Shown: positions 54,997 through 64,000 of the stretch, piece after piece | How the letters are laid out: every line of letters starts with the position of its first letter | Position numbering within the stretch: the first letter of the stretch is position 1 | DNA from: Rhabdochlamydiaceae bacterium | GTDB lineage: Bacteria; Chlamydiota; Chlamydiia; Chlamydiales; Rhabdochlamydiaceae | Assembly: GCA_047459655.1 (NCBI GenBank) | Contig: JAJREF010000005.1 | Coordinates: 160,001-224,000 of the forward strand | Length of the DNA stretch: 64,000 nucleotides | Reading direction: 5' to 3' | The notes under the pieces: model-generated | Database searches by the model: none | What the model was told of the DNA's origin: nothing | Seen by the model: the letters and a program-made list of their open reading frames with translations, nothing else | Program-made: the position numbers and the translations under genes

Positions 54997-56223
54997 TTAA
55001 GAAAGTTCAACTAAGGTATGTATAGGCCTGTGATCAGAGACAGACGTTGGATCTAGTCTATGGGGGTTGTAGGAAACTTCTATAACATGAGTGTTTCCGA
55101 ATCCTGCTCCAACTCCAACCTTTGTAAAATCTAGACGTACAGGGGCCGATGCAACCTCACTGTAGCATTTATCGCCCATCCACGTTGGTTGATTCTCGAT
55201 ATCTGGATTTTTATCGGTGGTAAATAGGTTTTTCTCTTTCCAAAAGGTGTGTTCATAATAGTGCCCCTCTTCCGGGCCCAAATTGAGGTCTCCTGTGAGA
55301 ATCACCCGTTTTCCTAGATCAGTTACTCGATTTGCAAGCAGGGTCATGGCCCGTGTTCTTGCATTTAGTTCTACCTCTGTTGGTTCGTCCGGTTTGTGTG
55401 AACTGGATAAGTGGGTCCCTATTACGGTTACTGTTCTTCCGCCTCCTAAGTCTACCTTTGCCTCATACCAACCTTGTCCCGCTGGTCTTGCGCGTGGTGT
55501 TTTTGCCTCTGGAGGAAAAGGGGTAAACGTGAATTCTTGAATAGGGAATTTGCTAGCAAAGAATAGGCCTGATCCAGGTGCCATAGGCTTTCTGCCCATG
55601 CTATGACAGGTATGATATCCTTTTTTGCCTAATTCTTCAGAAAAGCTAGTAGCCACGCTTGTATGAAAGACTTCAGAGAGGCAAATAAGATCTGTAGGAT
55701 TTGTTTTGAGAACACTTACCACGTCGTCGAAACGAGTAGATATTTGATCTTCTGCATTCCTTCTCATAAACCAATCAGGAAGTACGCCTGTGTCGGAGAT
55801 GAGGTGTCCTGACCGTATCATCCCTATATTGAATGTCAAACATGAAAAAGAGGGCAGATTGCCATTAGAAATGAGCTGGTGGGGAGCTGTAAAGCGGACA
55901 AATGGGTGGGCTTCTAGGCGGGTGGCAAGCCAGCGCAAGGGAATGGCAGGCAGAGCAAGGGGAGCTAGAGCCCCCCATAAAACCATTCGCATTATATATA
56001 AGGCCCGGTTTGCTAGAGGAGCTTCTGGATGGAGATGATGAGCTACTTGTTGCAACCGGAAGTATAGGTGCACGCAACAGGCTGGTACTGTTCCGAGGGC
56101 AGCAACTCGGAAAAGCCTCTGAGCAGCAGCGTCTTGGTGAGGAACAGTCGCTTTGGCCAATCTTTGTGCTCCATTCAGAATGTAAGCAAAGGGGGCGTGT
56201 GCAAGGCGTAATGCTATATCCAT
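54997..56223 (-). CDS. endonuclease/exonuclease/phosphatase family protein, sphingomyelinase-like, with hydrophobic N-terminal extension
   Basis: TFN, CLSEVF, GSGL..ASKFPI, THL, GDLN, LD and SDH motifs. Confidence 0.8.
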   Translation of the reverse strand: MDIALRLAHAPFAYILNGAQRLAKATVPHQDAAAQRLFRVAALGTVPACCVHLYFRLQQVAHHLHPEAPLANRALYIMRMVLWGALAPLALPAIPLRWLATRLEAHPFVRFTAPHQLISNGNLPSFSCLTFNIGMIRSGHLISDTGVLPDWFMRRNAEDQISTRFDDVVSVLKTNPTDLICLSEVFHTSVATSFSEELGKKGYHTCHSMGRKPMAPGSGLFFASKFPIQEFTFTPFPPEAKTPRARPAGQGWYEAKVDLGGGRTVTVIGTHLSSSHKPDEPTEVELNARTRAMTLLANRVTDLGKRVILTGDLNLGPEEGHYYEHTFWKEKNLFTTDKNPDIENQPTWMGDKCYSEVASAPVRLDFTKVGVGAGFGNTHVIEVSYNPHRLDPTSVSDHRPIHTLVELS

Positions 56224-56322
56224 AAAAAAACTCCTTATTGCAAGATGTAAACAAAAATGTTACGCACGCTGTTTATTAATTACAATTGTTTTTAGTGATA
56301 TTAAAAAATTTAATACCCTTTT

Positions 56323-56490
56323 TAGGGAGCCTCTGGACAGGTGCTTTGTCGGAGATGGCTGATTAATTTTTCGAAGACGACGATTTTGGAAAACGCAGCT
56401 AACATGCAGAATGTTAGCGATTTTGAAAAATCTAGTATTCGCAAAAATTGGCAGCAAGATTCGGCAAATGACTTGTCCAGAGATTCCTTA
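56323..56490. repeat. about 168-bp imperfect palindromic element between divergent genes
   Basis: CTCTGGACAGGT..TTTGTCG / CGGCAAA..ACTTGTCCAGAG termini; central GCTAACAT..ATGTTAGC hairpin. Confidence 0.75.
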
Positions 56491-56561
56491 AGCGAGGGCG
56501 TTGTTGATTTGTTCTCGTTAAATTGGTAGAATGCTTTTTTTTACACGAAGGAGCTTCAACC

Positions 56562-57674
56562 ATGCCTAAGTTAGTCGAAGAAACGCTTGTATTGGAAGAG
56601 ATACCAGTAGATGGATATAAGAAAGTTTTTAAAGTAACGGATGAGAGGGTGGGCTTAAAGGCCATTATTTGTATACATGATGATACTCTGGGACCTGCTT
56701 TGGGCGGTACGCGTATTTATCCCTATCCAACTTTTGAAGCAGCTTTGACAGACGTAAAACGGCTTGCTAGGGGCATGACATATAAATCAGCTGTTGCGGG
56801 TGCAGGGCTTGGGGGTGGAAAAAGTGTGATTATCAGCGATCAGAAAGGCAAGACAAAGGAGATGATCATCTCTTTTGCTCAAGCTCTTGAAAAGCTAGGA
56901 GGCCTTTATACGGCTGCTGAAGATGTTGGATGTTCATTAGAAGATGTAACTCTTATGAGTCAGTATACGCGCTATGTTGTAGGGATTAGTCATAAGAAGA
57001 GCAGCGGAAATCCAGCTCCTTTTACTGGGTGGGGAACCTACCGCGGTATTCAGGCGACGCTTAAAAAAATATATGGCACAGACTCTGTTAAAGGGAGAAC
57101 GATTGCAATTCAAGGACTCGGTAGCGTGGGTGGATGGTTGGCAGAGACTTTATTTTGGCACGGGGCAAAACTTATTGTTTGCGATGTTGATTGGGAAAAA
57201 ACGCTAGCTGTTGCTGCTAAGTTTCATGCAAAAGCCTGCCCTGCAGATGATATCTTAATGCAGGAGTGCGACATTTTAGCTCCTTGTGCAATGGGAGGTA
57301 TAATTAATCCACAGACTATTCCTCAACTTCAATGTGCTGGTATTGCGGGGTGTGCTAATAACCAGCTGCTGTCTGATGTGGATGGGCAGGAACTCATGAA
57401 GAGAAGCATTGTGTATGCCCCTGATTTTGTAATCAATGCAGGTGGCTTAATCAATGTTACAGAAGAGGTTGCAAAAGATGGTTACAATCCTCATGTTTCA
57501 AGAGAAAAAATCGATCATATTTATGACCAATTGATTAGTATTTTTGATTTAGCAGAAATACAGCATATATCAACAAACGAGGCTGCTTTAAGTTTGGCAG
57601 AGTCCCATATTAAAAATGGAAAGGGAAAGCGTATTGGTCCACTCTCTTACCACCACCACCATGAAAAATCTTAA
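56562..57674 (+). CDS. ldh: Glu/Leu/Phe/Val dehydrogenase (leucine dehydrogenase-like)
   Basis: LGPALGGTR, GGGKSVI, AEDVG, GLGSVG and APDFVINAGG motifs. Confidence 0.9.
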   Translation: MPKLVEETLVLEEIPVDGYKKVFKVTDERVGLKAIICIHDDTLGPALGGTRIYPYPTFEAALTDVKRLARGMTYKSAVAGAGLGGGKSVIISDQKGKTKEMIISFAQALEKLGGLYTAAEDVGCSLEDVTLMSQYTRYVVGISHKKSSGNPAPFTGWGTYRGIQATLKKIYGTDSVKGRTIAIQGLGSVGGWLAETLFWHGAKLIVCDVDWEKTLAVAAKFHAKACPADDILMQECDILAPCAMGGIINPQTIPQLQCAGIAGCANNQLLSDVDGQELMKRSIVYAPDFVINAGGLINVTEEVAKDGYNPHVSREKIDHIYDQLISIFDLAEIQHISTNEAALSLAESHIKNGKGKRIGPLSYHHHHEKS

Positions 57675-59411
57675 TGATATTTTAGAAGATGGAATTAAGG
57701 AAGCGCTCAAGATCGCTTTCCAAAGAGGTGATCTTCAACCTGAGATCACCCAAAGCACGCAAGCGCAGTTTGGAGATTATCAGTGCAATAATGCACTCAA
57801 GCTCGCCAAAGACCTCAAATTAAATCCTAGGCAAGTTGCGCAGAAAATTATCGATGCGCTCACGCAAGAGAGTTCTGATGCGGTAGATCTTTTTTCTAAA
57901 ATAGAGATTGCAGGCCCTGGCTTTATCAACTTTACATTCAAGCCTTTTTTTCTATCAGAACAAATTAATCAGATGCTATTAGATACCCATTGTGGGATCG
58001 ATAGACCCAAGCGCCCTAAGAGAGTCATCGTAGAATTTTCTTCTCCTAATACAGCAAAAGAGCTGCATGTAGGGCATCTACGCTCGACGATTATCGGAGA
58101 TTGCCTAGCCCGCGTTTTTGAATTTTTAGGGGAGACGGTTATCCGTCTCAATCATATCGGCGATTGGGGAACGCAGTTTGGGATGCTCATTGCCTACATG
58201 CGTGAAAATGTTCCCGAGGTACTCACGGGTGATAAGAAGACAGATCTCCCTTCTTTAATGCAATGGTATAAAAACTCTAAAAAGCAATTCGATGAAGATC
58301 CCGAATTTAAAAAACGCGCGCAATTAGAGGTTGTTAAATTACAAGGAGGGGATGAAGCGACTCTTGCGGCTTGGAAAATCATCTGTGATATCTCACGTAA
58401 GTCTTATGGAGAGATTTATGATTTACTCGACGTTAAACTCACGGAAAGGGGGAGTCTTTTTATAATCCTTATTTAGCTGGTGTTGTGGAAGATTTAGAAA
58501 AAAGAGGCCTTGTGACGGTTTCAGAGGGTGCTAAGTGTGTTTATCTCGAAGGCTTTGAAGGAAGAGATGGAGCTCCTTTTCCGATCATCGTGCAGAAGTC
58601 AGATGGAGGGTATAACTATGACACCACCGACATTGCAGCGATCCGTCACCGCATTGAAGAGGAAAAAGCAGAACGGATCGTCTACGTGACAGATGCAGGA
58701 CAAAGTCTTCATTTTCAGATGCTTTTTAAAGCCGCAGAAAAAGCTTCCTATCTCGATCCACAAAAAGTCAGGGTTGATCATGTGCCTTTTGGAGTTGTCC
58801 TAGGCCCTGATGGGAAAAAATTTAAAACTAGATCAGGTAGTACGGAGAAATTGATCGATCTTTTATATGAAGCAATCAAACAGGCAAAAACCACTCTCCA
58901 GGATAGAATGCCCGATCTTTCCCCCGAAGAATTAGAAAAAAATGCTGAAATTCTTGGCATCAATGCTGTCAAGTATGCCGATCTTTCGGGTCACCGTGTT
59001 AAGGATTATGTCTTTAGTTATGAGCGGATGCTCAAGTTTGAGGGGAATACTGCAACATTTCTTCTATATGCCTACGTGCGTATTCAAAGCATCAAGCGAA
59101 AAGTGGGAAAGGAGATGGCAGATGTGATCAAAAGATCTCTTATTTCTCTTGAGCATCCTTCTGAAATTGCCCTTGCATTGCATGTCTTGCAGTTTGGTGA
59201 GGCTCTCCGCATGGTCACAGAAGAGCTGCTTCCCAATCGACTTGCTGACTACTTATATTCTCTTGCTGAAAAGTTTCACGCCTTCTTCAGAGATTGCCAT
59301 GTTGAAGGTTCTCCCGAAGAAGAAAGTCGCCTCCTGCTCTGTGAAGTCACAGGGAAGATCTTTAAGCAAGGCCTTGAACTTCTGGGGCTCAAAACCCTAG
59401 ATAAGATGTAA
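57661..59411 (+). CDS. argS: arginine--tRNA ligase, frameshift near 58450
   Basis: FGDYQCN, SSPNTAKELHVGHLRS, GDWGTQFG and KFKTRSG motifs. Confidence 0.97.
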
Positions 59412-60374
59412 TCGATTTTTTGCTCATCTCGCCTGGCACTTCTTTCACGTATTTGGGAACGGCATATCCAGGTAGCTTTGCTGTAAGTGAAGCTAGCAAT
59501 TCCTTTCCTTTATTTTCACTAACAGCGAAGTGGGCAGCGCCTTTCACCTGATCTAGCTGATGGAGGTAGTAGGGAAGAATGCCGTTGTTGGTCAATTTTT
59601 CAAACAATTCATGCAGGATTTCAAGAGAGTCGTTGACCTCTGATAAAAGCACGCATTGGTTAAGAACGGGAATTCCTAGCTTTTGGATTTTTTTCAAAGC
59701 GGCTAAGACATCATCATCGAGCTCTACCGAATGGTTGCAATGGATAATGAAAATGGTTTGCATGCGAATAGAAGACAATAGGGATAGAAATGCCTCATCA
59801 ATTCTTTCAGGAATGCCAATTGGGAAGCGGGTGTGAAAGCGTAACTTTTTTAGATGAGGGATGGCATCTAAGTCTTTGATTAAATGCTCGAGCGTTGAGG
59901 GGCTTAGGGAAAGAGGATCTCCTCCACTTAAGATAATTTCAGAGATAGAGGGGTCTTTTTGGAGTAGATCAAGTTCGTGGATAAAAGAAGTTTGCTCAGG
60001 GATTTATCGTAGTTAAAGTTTTGTCTAAAACAAAACCTGCAGTGCATTGCGCATACACTCGTACACAAAAGGAGAGCTCTCCCTTCGTATTTATGGAGTA
60101 GCTTTGAGCTTTTACGAAAGGTAGCATCTTGTACAGGATCTAGCTGGTAGCCAGAGGTCTGTTGCAGCTCTTTTGTTATAGGAACAAATTGCTTTAAGAT
60201 GGGGTCATTCAAAGTTTTTTTAGCAATTTTGTGTGCAAGTCGCAAGGGTAAGTTTAAAGGAAAATTGGGTCGTGGCAAAATCTCCTTTAGCTGTCTGGTG
60301 TCTAGTTGGAGGAACTCAGCGAGCTTGTGCCACTCTTTAAAATTTTGTTTTTGTATCTCTCTCCAAGCGCTCAT
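59389..60374 (-). CDS. KamA/EpmB family radical SAM enzyme, frameshifted
   Basis: LLHKY, CAMHCRFCFR, GGDPL, HCNH and PYYLHQLD motifs. Confidence 0.9.
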
Positions 60375-60407
60375 AGGGGTATAATCATACACGCTATGAA
60401 GCTTTTT

Positions 60408-61765
60408 CTAAACTAGAATCCCCTGAGGTTTTTTGGAGGGGGCTTTTTCCCTTGAGATATTAGCTCCTAGGCTGCTTAGTTTTTCAACGAGATTTTCATA
60501 TCCCCTATCCAGAAAGTGAGCCCCAGAGATAACGCTTGTGTCAGAGGCAATGAGCGCTGCCATCACATAGGCAAACCCTGCTCTTAAATCAGGTATAGTG
60601 ATTTCTTTGGCAACAAGGGGGGTAGCTCCTTTAACAACTAAGCTATGGTGGTAGTTCTGCGCATGGAACCGGCATGCTCCACTGCCTAAACAATCGGTGA
60701 AAAGCTGGATGTCAGCTCCCATCATGTTGAGGGTTTCTGTATACCCAAAGCGATTTTCGTATACAGTTTCATGTACAATCGAGTGGCCTACAGCTTGCGT
60801 TAGCAGAACAACAAAAGGTTGTTGCCAGTCTGTAAGAAATCCTGGGTGCACCCCTGTTTCAACAAGAAGGCCTCCTTTCAAGGGCCCTTTGTAAAAGAAG
60901 TCAATTCCATTGTTTTTTACTTCAAATCCAGCACCTGCTTCTCTTAATTTATTCAGAAAAGTGATCATGTATTGGTGCTGAGCGCCTTCAATGAACACGC
61001 GCCCTTTTGTGCTGATAGCAGCCATTCCAATAGAAGCTACTTCGATTCTATCTGTAATCACTGTGTGTTCGACATCATAAAAATCTTGTGTGGGTTGAAT
61101 CCGGATCGTACGATCAACATCGACAACAATTGCTATGCCGAGTTTTTGGAGGAAAAGAACGAGGTCGATAATTTCTGGTTCGATTGCTGCATTTTTAATG
61201 ACTGTTGTTCCTTTTGCTCTGCAAGCGGCAAGGATGGTATTTTCAGTGGCACCCACAGAAGGAAAAGGAAGTTGGATAATGGCTCCTTGCAAGCCTTGAT
61301 GAGCTCTTGCGAAATAGGCTCCTCTTTTTTCATCTGTCTGTATTCAATTGTGGCACCTAATTTCTCTAGAGCAGAGACATGAAAGTCGATGGGACGTTTT
61401 CCTATCTTGCAACCACCAGCTGTTGGGACGATGATGTCTTCATCTGTTCTTCCGAGTAGAGCTCCGATCATTAAAATAGGGATTCTATTCGACCCAGAAA
61501 AGCGTTGAGGAACATAGGTGCTTTTCAGCTCTTTAGTGACAATCTCAATAACGCCTTCTTTTTTATCCCAGTGTACATCGCTTCCAATCTCTTTACAGAG
61601 ATCAACGGTTATTTCTACATCTGCAATATTGGGGACATTGAAAAAGACACATCGCTTATCAGAAAGAAGAGAGGCAACGAGTAATTTTGTAACTGCATTT
61701 TTAGCCCCAGCCGCTTTCACATTTCCGCTCAGTGGGACGCCGCCTTTAATTTTCAGTATGTCCAT
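60408..61765 (-). CDS. murA: UDP-N-acetylglucosamine 1-carboxyvinyltransferase, frameshift near 61300
   Basis: GAKNA, GGCKIGKRPIDFH, SVGATEN, PDLRAG and RGYE motifs. Confidence 0.96.
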
Positions 61766-61771
61766 TGTGGT

Positions 61772-62793
61772 TTATCTCTTGAGTAATAAGCATGTCGAAA
61801 ATCTGAGCACATCACCATTTGGCTTAGAGACTACGTAGGGAAGAAGATTTTCTCGTTTGCTGTTTTTCCCATAGCTTACAGTAATGCGTTGTTTTGGAAA
61901 ATAGCGCTTTTGCATTTCCACACAAAACCATCCCATTGTTTTGCGCGCATTGATCTCAACAATTGGGTGAAGGACATCGTGATTATAGAGCATAGCATCA
62001 ATGCCTACATTTCCAAAGAAACCCATTTTTCCCATTTTTTGCAAAAGGGGCTGTGCAATTTCTAGGTGTTTTTCTACATGGACTCTACTTTTTCCGAAAA
62101 GCATATCGAGATCGCCCGCTTGATTGCCTCTATATTGTCCTTTTTCATCACTGATGCAAATGGTGGTGCCTAGCAATTCAATCCTGTCTGCAGAATGAAT
62201 TATCCATTGCGTACTAAAATCTAAGGAGCGTTGAACCCACGGTTCTGCAATGACAGGCAATCCTTTACTAAATTCCTTTCTTAGAAACGCCTCAAGTTTG
62301 GTGATATCCTGTGGAAGCCTTAAGTGGCCTTTTCCCGATACACCAAAGCAACTCTTAAAGACTTTTCTCCTTCAAAAGAGGCAAGCCATAGCTGAGCTTC
62401 TTTTTCAGTCCAAAGCAGAGCAGAGTGAGAAAGTTGAGGGCTGTGTGTGAAGGAAAAAGCTTTTGAATTAACCTCTTTGACGATATCCCAAGCAGGCATC
62501 TGATATCCAATGCCTCGCTTTTTTGCCCATCTAGCAATCATCTGAGAGTAGCCCCACGATTCGATGTGGGTGTAAGGCAGGGGCTGAGGATCGGAAAGCA
62601 AGTGGAGTGGCCACTTACTAGTAGAAGAAAGCATTGACACGCCGACCCCATCTCCTTCCCGCGCATAGAGGCAAGGCAAAAACTGCAACTGCAAGGGAAT
62701 AGGAGCGCTTCCAAAGGATTGTTCCAGGTCAAACGCAACCCTGCCTTCTAGCTCTTTTTCAAAGTGGGTGTTTGCAATGTGAAGTGTAGCCAT
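61772..62793 (-). CDS. ATP-grasp-like hypothetical protein, frameshifted
   Basis: EVNSKAF, EPWVQR.LDFS, FFGNVGIDAM and EINARKTMG motifs. Confidence 0.7.
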
Positions 62794-62849
62794 TTTGGTT
62801 GATAAAAGACTCTTTAGCATGATATTATGCGCGCAGCGAGTGTAGCACA

Positions 62850-63335
62850 ATGTATAAAACTAGAACAGGTCTTGGACAAGATAGTCATCGATTTTTGCCG
62901 GAAGATTCAACAAAACCGTGCATCATTGGAGGGTGCATTTTTGAGGATGTGCCTGGTCTTTCTGCCGATTCAGATGGAGATGTTGTTTTTCATGCGATTT
63001 GCAATGCCATCACATCGGTAACACACGTTTCTATTCTGGGAGATATTGCTATCGAGCTTTGCCATAAAGATGGAATTACCGATAGTCAGGTGTACCTTGA
63101 AAAGGCTATGGAAACTTTAGGTAAACAAAAGATAGAGCATATTGCTCTTGCCCTAGAAGCTAAAAGGCCTCGCTTGCAAAAGAGGATCCCCGAAATCCGA
63201 AAAAAAGTTGCAAAAATCATGGGATTAGACATTACGCAAGTGGGTGTCACAGCGACGTCGGGTGACGGGTTGACTGATTTTGGCCTTGGAGAAGGGATTC
63301 AGTGTCTGTGTATTTTGACAACTACAGAAATCTAA
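62850..63335 (+). CDS. ispF: 2-C-methyl-D-erythritol 2,4-cyclodiphosphate synthase
   Basis: RTGLGQDSH, SDGDVVFHA and GVTATSGDGL motifs. Confidence 0.92.
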   Translation: MYKTRTGLGQDSHRFLPEDSTKPCIIGGCIFEDVPGLSADSDGDVVFHAICNAITSVTHVSILGDIAIELCHKDGITDSQVYLEKAMETLGKQKIEHIALALEAKRPRLQKRIPEIRKKVAKIMGLDITQVGVTATSGDGLTDFGLGEGIQCLCILTTTEI

Positions 63336-64000
63336 TAAACATCTACGAGAAGGCGCTTTTCAGCTCTCAGATGTTTGAGATATTTTCTTGCTTCATGCTC
63401 AGAGAAATTGCCATAGCGTTCTGTGATAGTTACAAGCGCTGCTTCAACATCTTTAGCCATCGGGTCTGCATCTCCGCAGATATAAAAAAAGGCTCCCTCT
63501 TGTAACCATTGCCAGATTTCTTGCCCTTGTTCTAAGAGTTTATGTTGGACGTAGATTTTTTTTTCTTGATCACGTGAAAAGACGGCATCGAGCTGGAGTT
63601 TTTTTTGCGCCACAAGTGATTGCCAAAAATCTTCATAGAAAAAATCTGAGTGGCGGTTACGTTCGCCAAAGAAAAGCCAATTTTTTCCTGGAGAGTCTAA
63701 GGCAAGTCTCTCTTGCAAGAACCCTCTGAAAGGGGCAACACCTGTCCCTGGTCCCACCATGATAATAGGAGCTTTTGGATCTTTTGGCAGTGTAAAGTGC
63801 GGCGTTGCTTGAATATAAGAGGGAATAGGAGTTGTTTGTTCTTGCGCAAGATGGCAAAGAAAATGGCTGGCTACGCCATGTCTGATCACACCTCTATGCT
63901 CATAGGATGTAAGACCAACTGTTAGATGGATTTCTTCTGGATTGTGCTTAGGGGAAGAGGCAATGGAATAAAAACGAGGCAGCAAAGGAGAAAATTGCTC
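63332..64000 (-). CDS. cysJ: sulfite reductase flavoprotein-like oxidoreductase (C-terminal part; start outside window)
   Basis: PRFYSIASS, MVGPGTGVAPFRGF, YVQH, YICGD and DVY motifs. Confidence 0.88.
   Translation of the reverse strand, partial: EQFSPLLPRFYSIASSPKHNPEEIHLTVGLTSYEHRGVIRHGVASHFLCHLAQEQTTPIPSYIQATPHFTLPKDPKAPIIMVGPGTGVAPFRGFLQERLALDSPGKNWLFFGERNRHSDFFYEDFWQSLVAQKKLQLDAVFSRDQEKKIYVQHKLLEQGQEIWQWLQEGAFFYICGDADPMAKDVEAALVTITERYGNFSEHEARKYLKHLRAEKRLLVDVY

Noticed and set aside
56341..56529. 62-aa ORF and its antisense counterpart
   Set aside because: Both are explained by the open frames of the palindromic element.
57649..57663. poly-His C-terminus of leucine dehydrogenase
   Set aside because: Only five residues overlapping the argS start region, with no other support for a function.

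Overview
This 64 kb window is chromosomal DNA from an environmental Chlamydiota bacterium, probably Rhabdochlamydiaceae/Simkaniaceae-like. The evidence is two Npt/Tlc nucleotide transporters, a DUF2709-type gene and chlamydial gene order (tolQ-tolR-tolB-pal-LysM next to tatD-sdhCAB; dnaB-npt-mnmG-lplA; ispF-cysJ; rho-coaE-polA-sppA). Most of the window is housekeeping genes. Many are split by single-base indels, including rpoD, dnaB, argS and polA, which most likely reflects long-read sequencing error. Non-core content: (1) a candidate polymorphic toxin (signal peptide, hydrophobic helix, TPR, variable C-terminal domain) with an overlapping, internally duplicated immunity-like gene, sitting between tolQ and tatD; (2) a dispersed, modular family of 45-170 bp palindromic elements resembling Rickettsia palindromic elements, one of which supplies the C-terminus of CyoA; (3) an IS4-family element with exact ends and a 9-bp target duplication that disrupts a gene; (4) a metallothionein-like Cys-rich lipoprotein inserted antisense in the cyo operon; (5) an Rpn-family nuclease and a sphingomyelinase-like EEP protein. 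tRNA-Ala(GGC) and tRNA-Ser(GCT) are present. All calls come from reading motifs by eye; no database searches were run.
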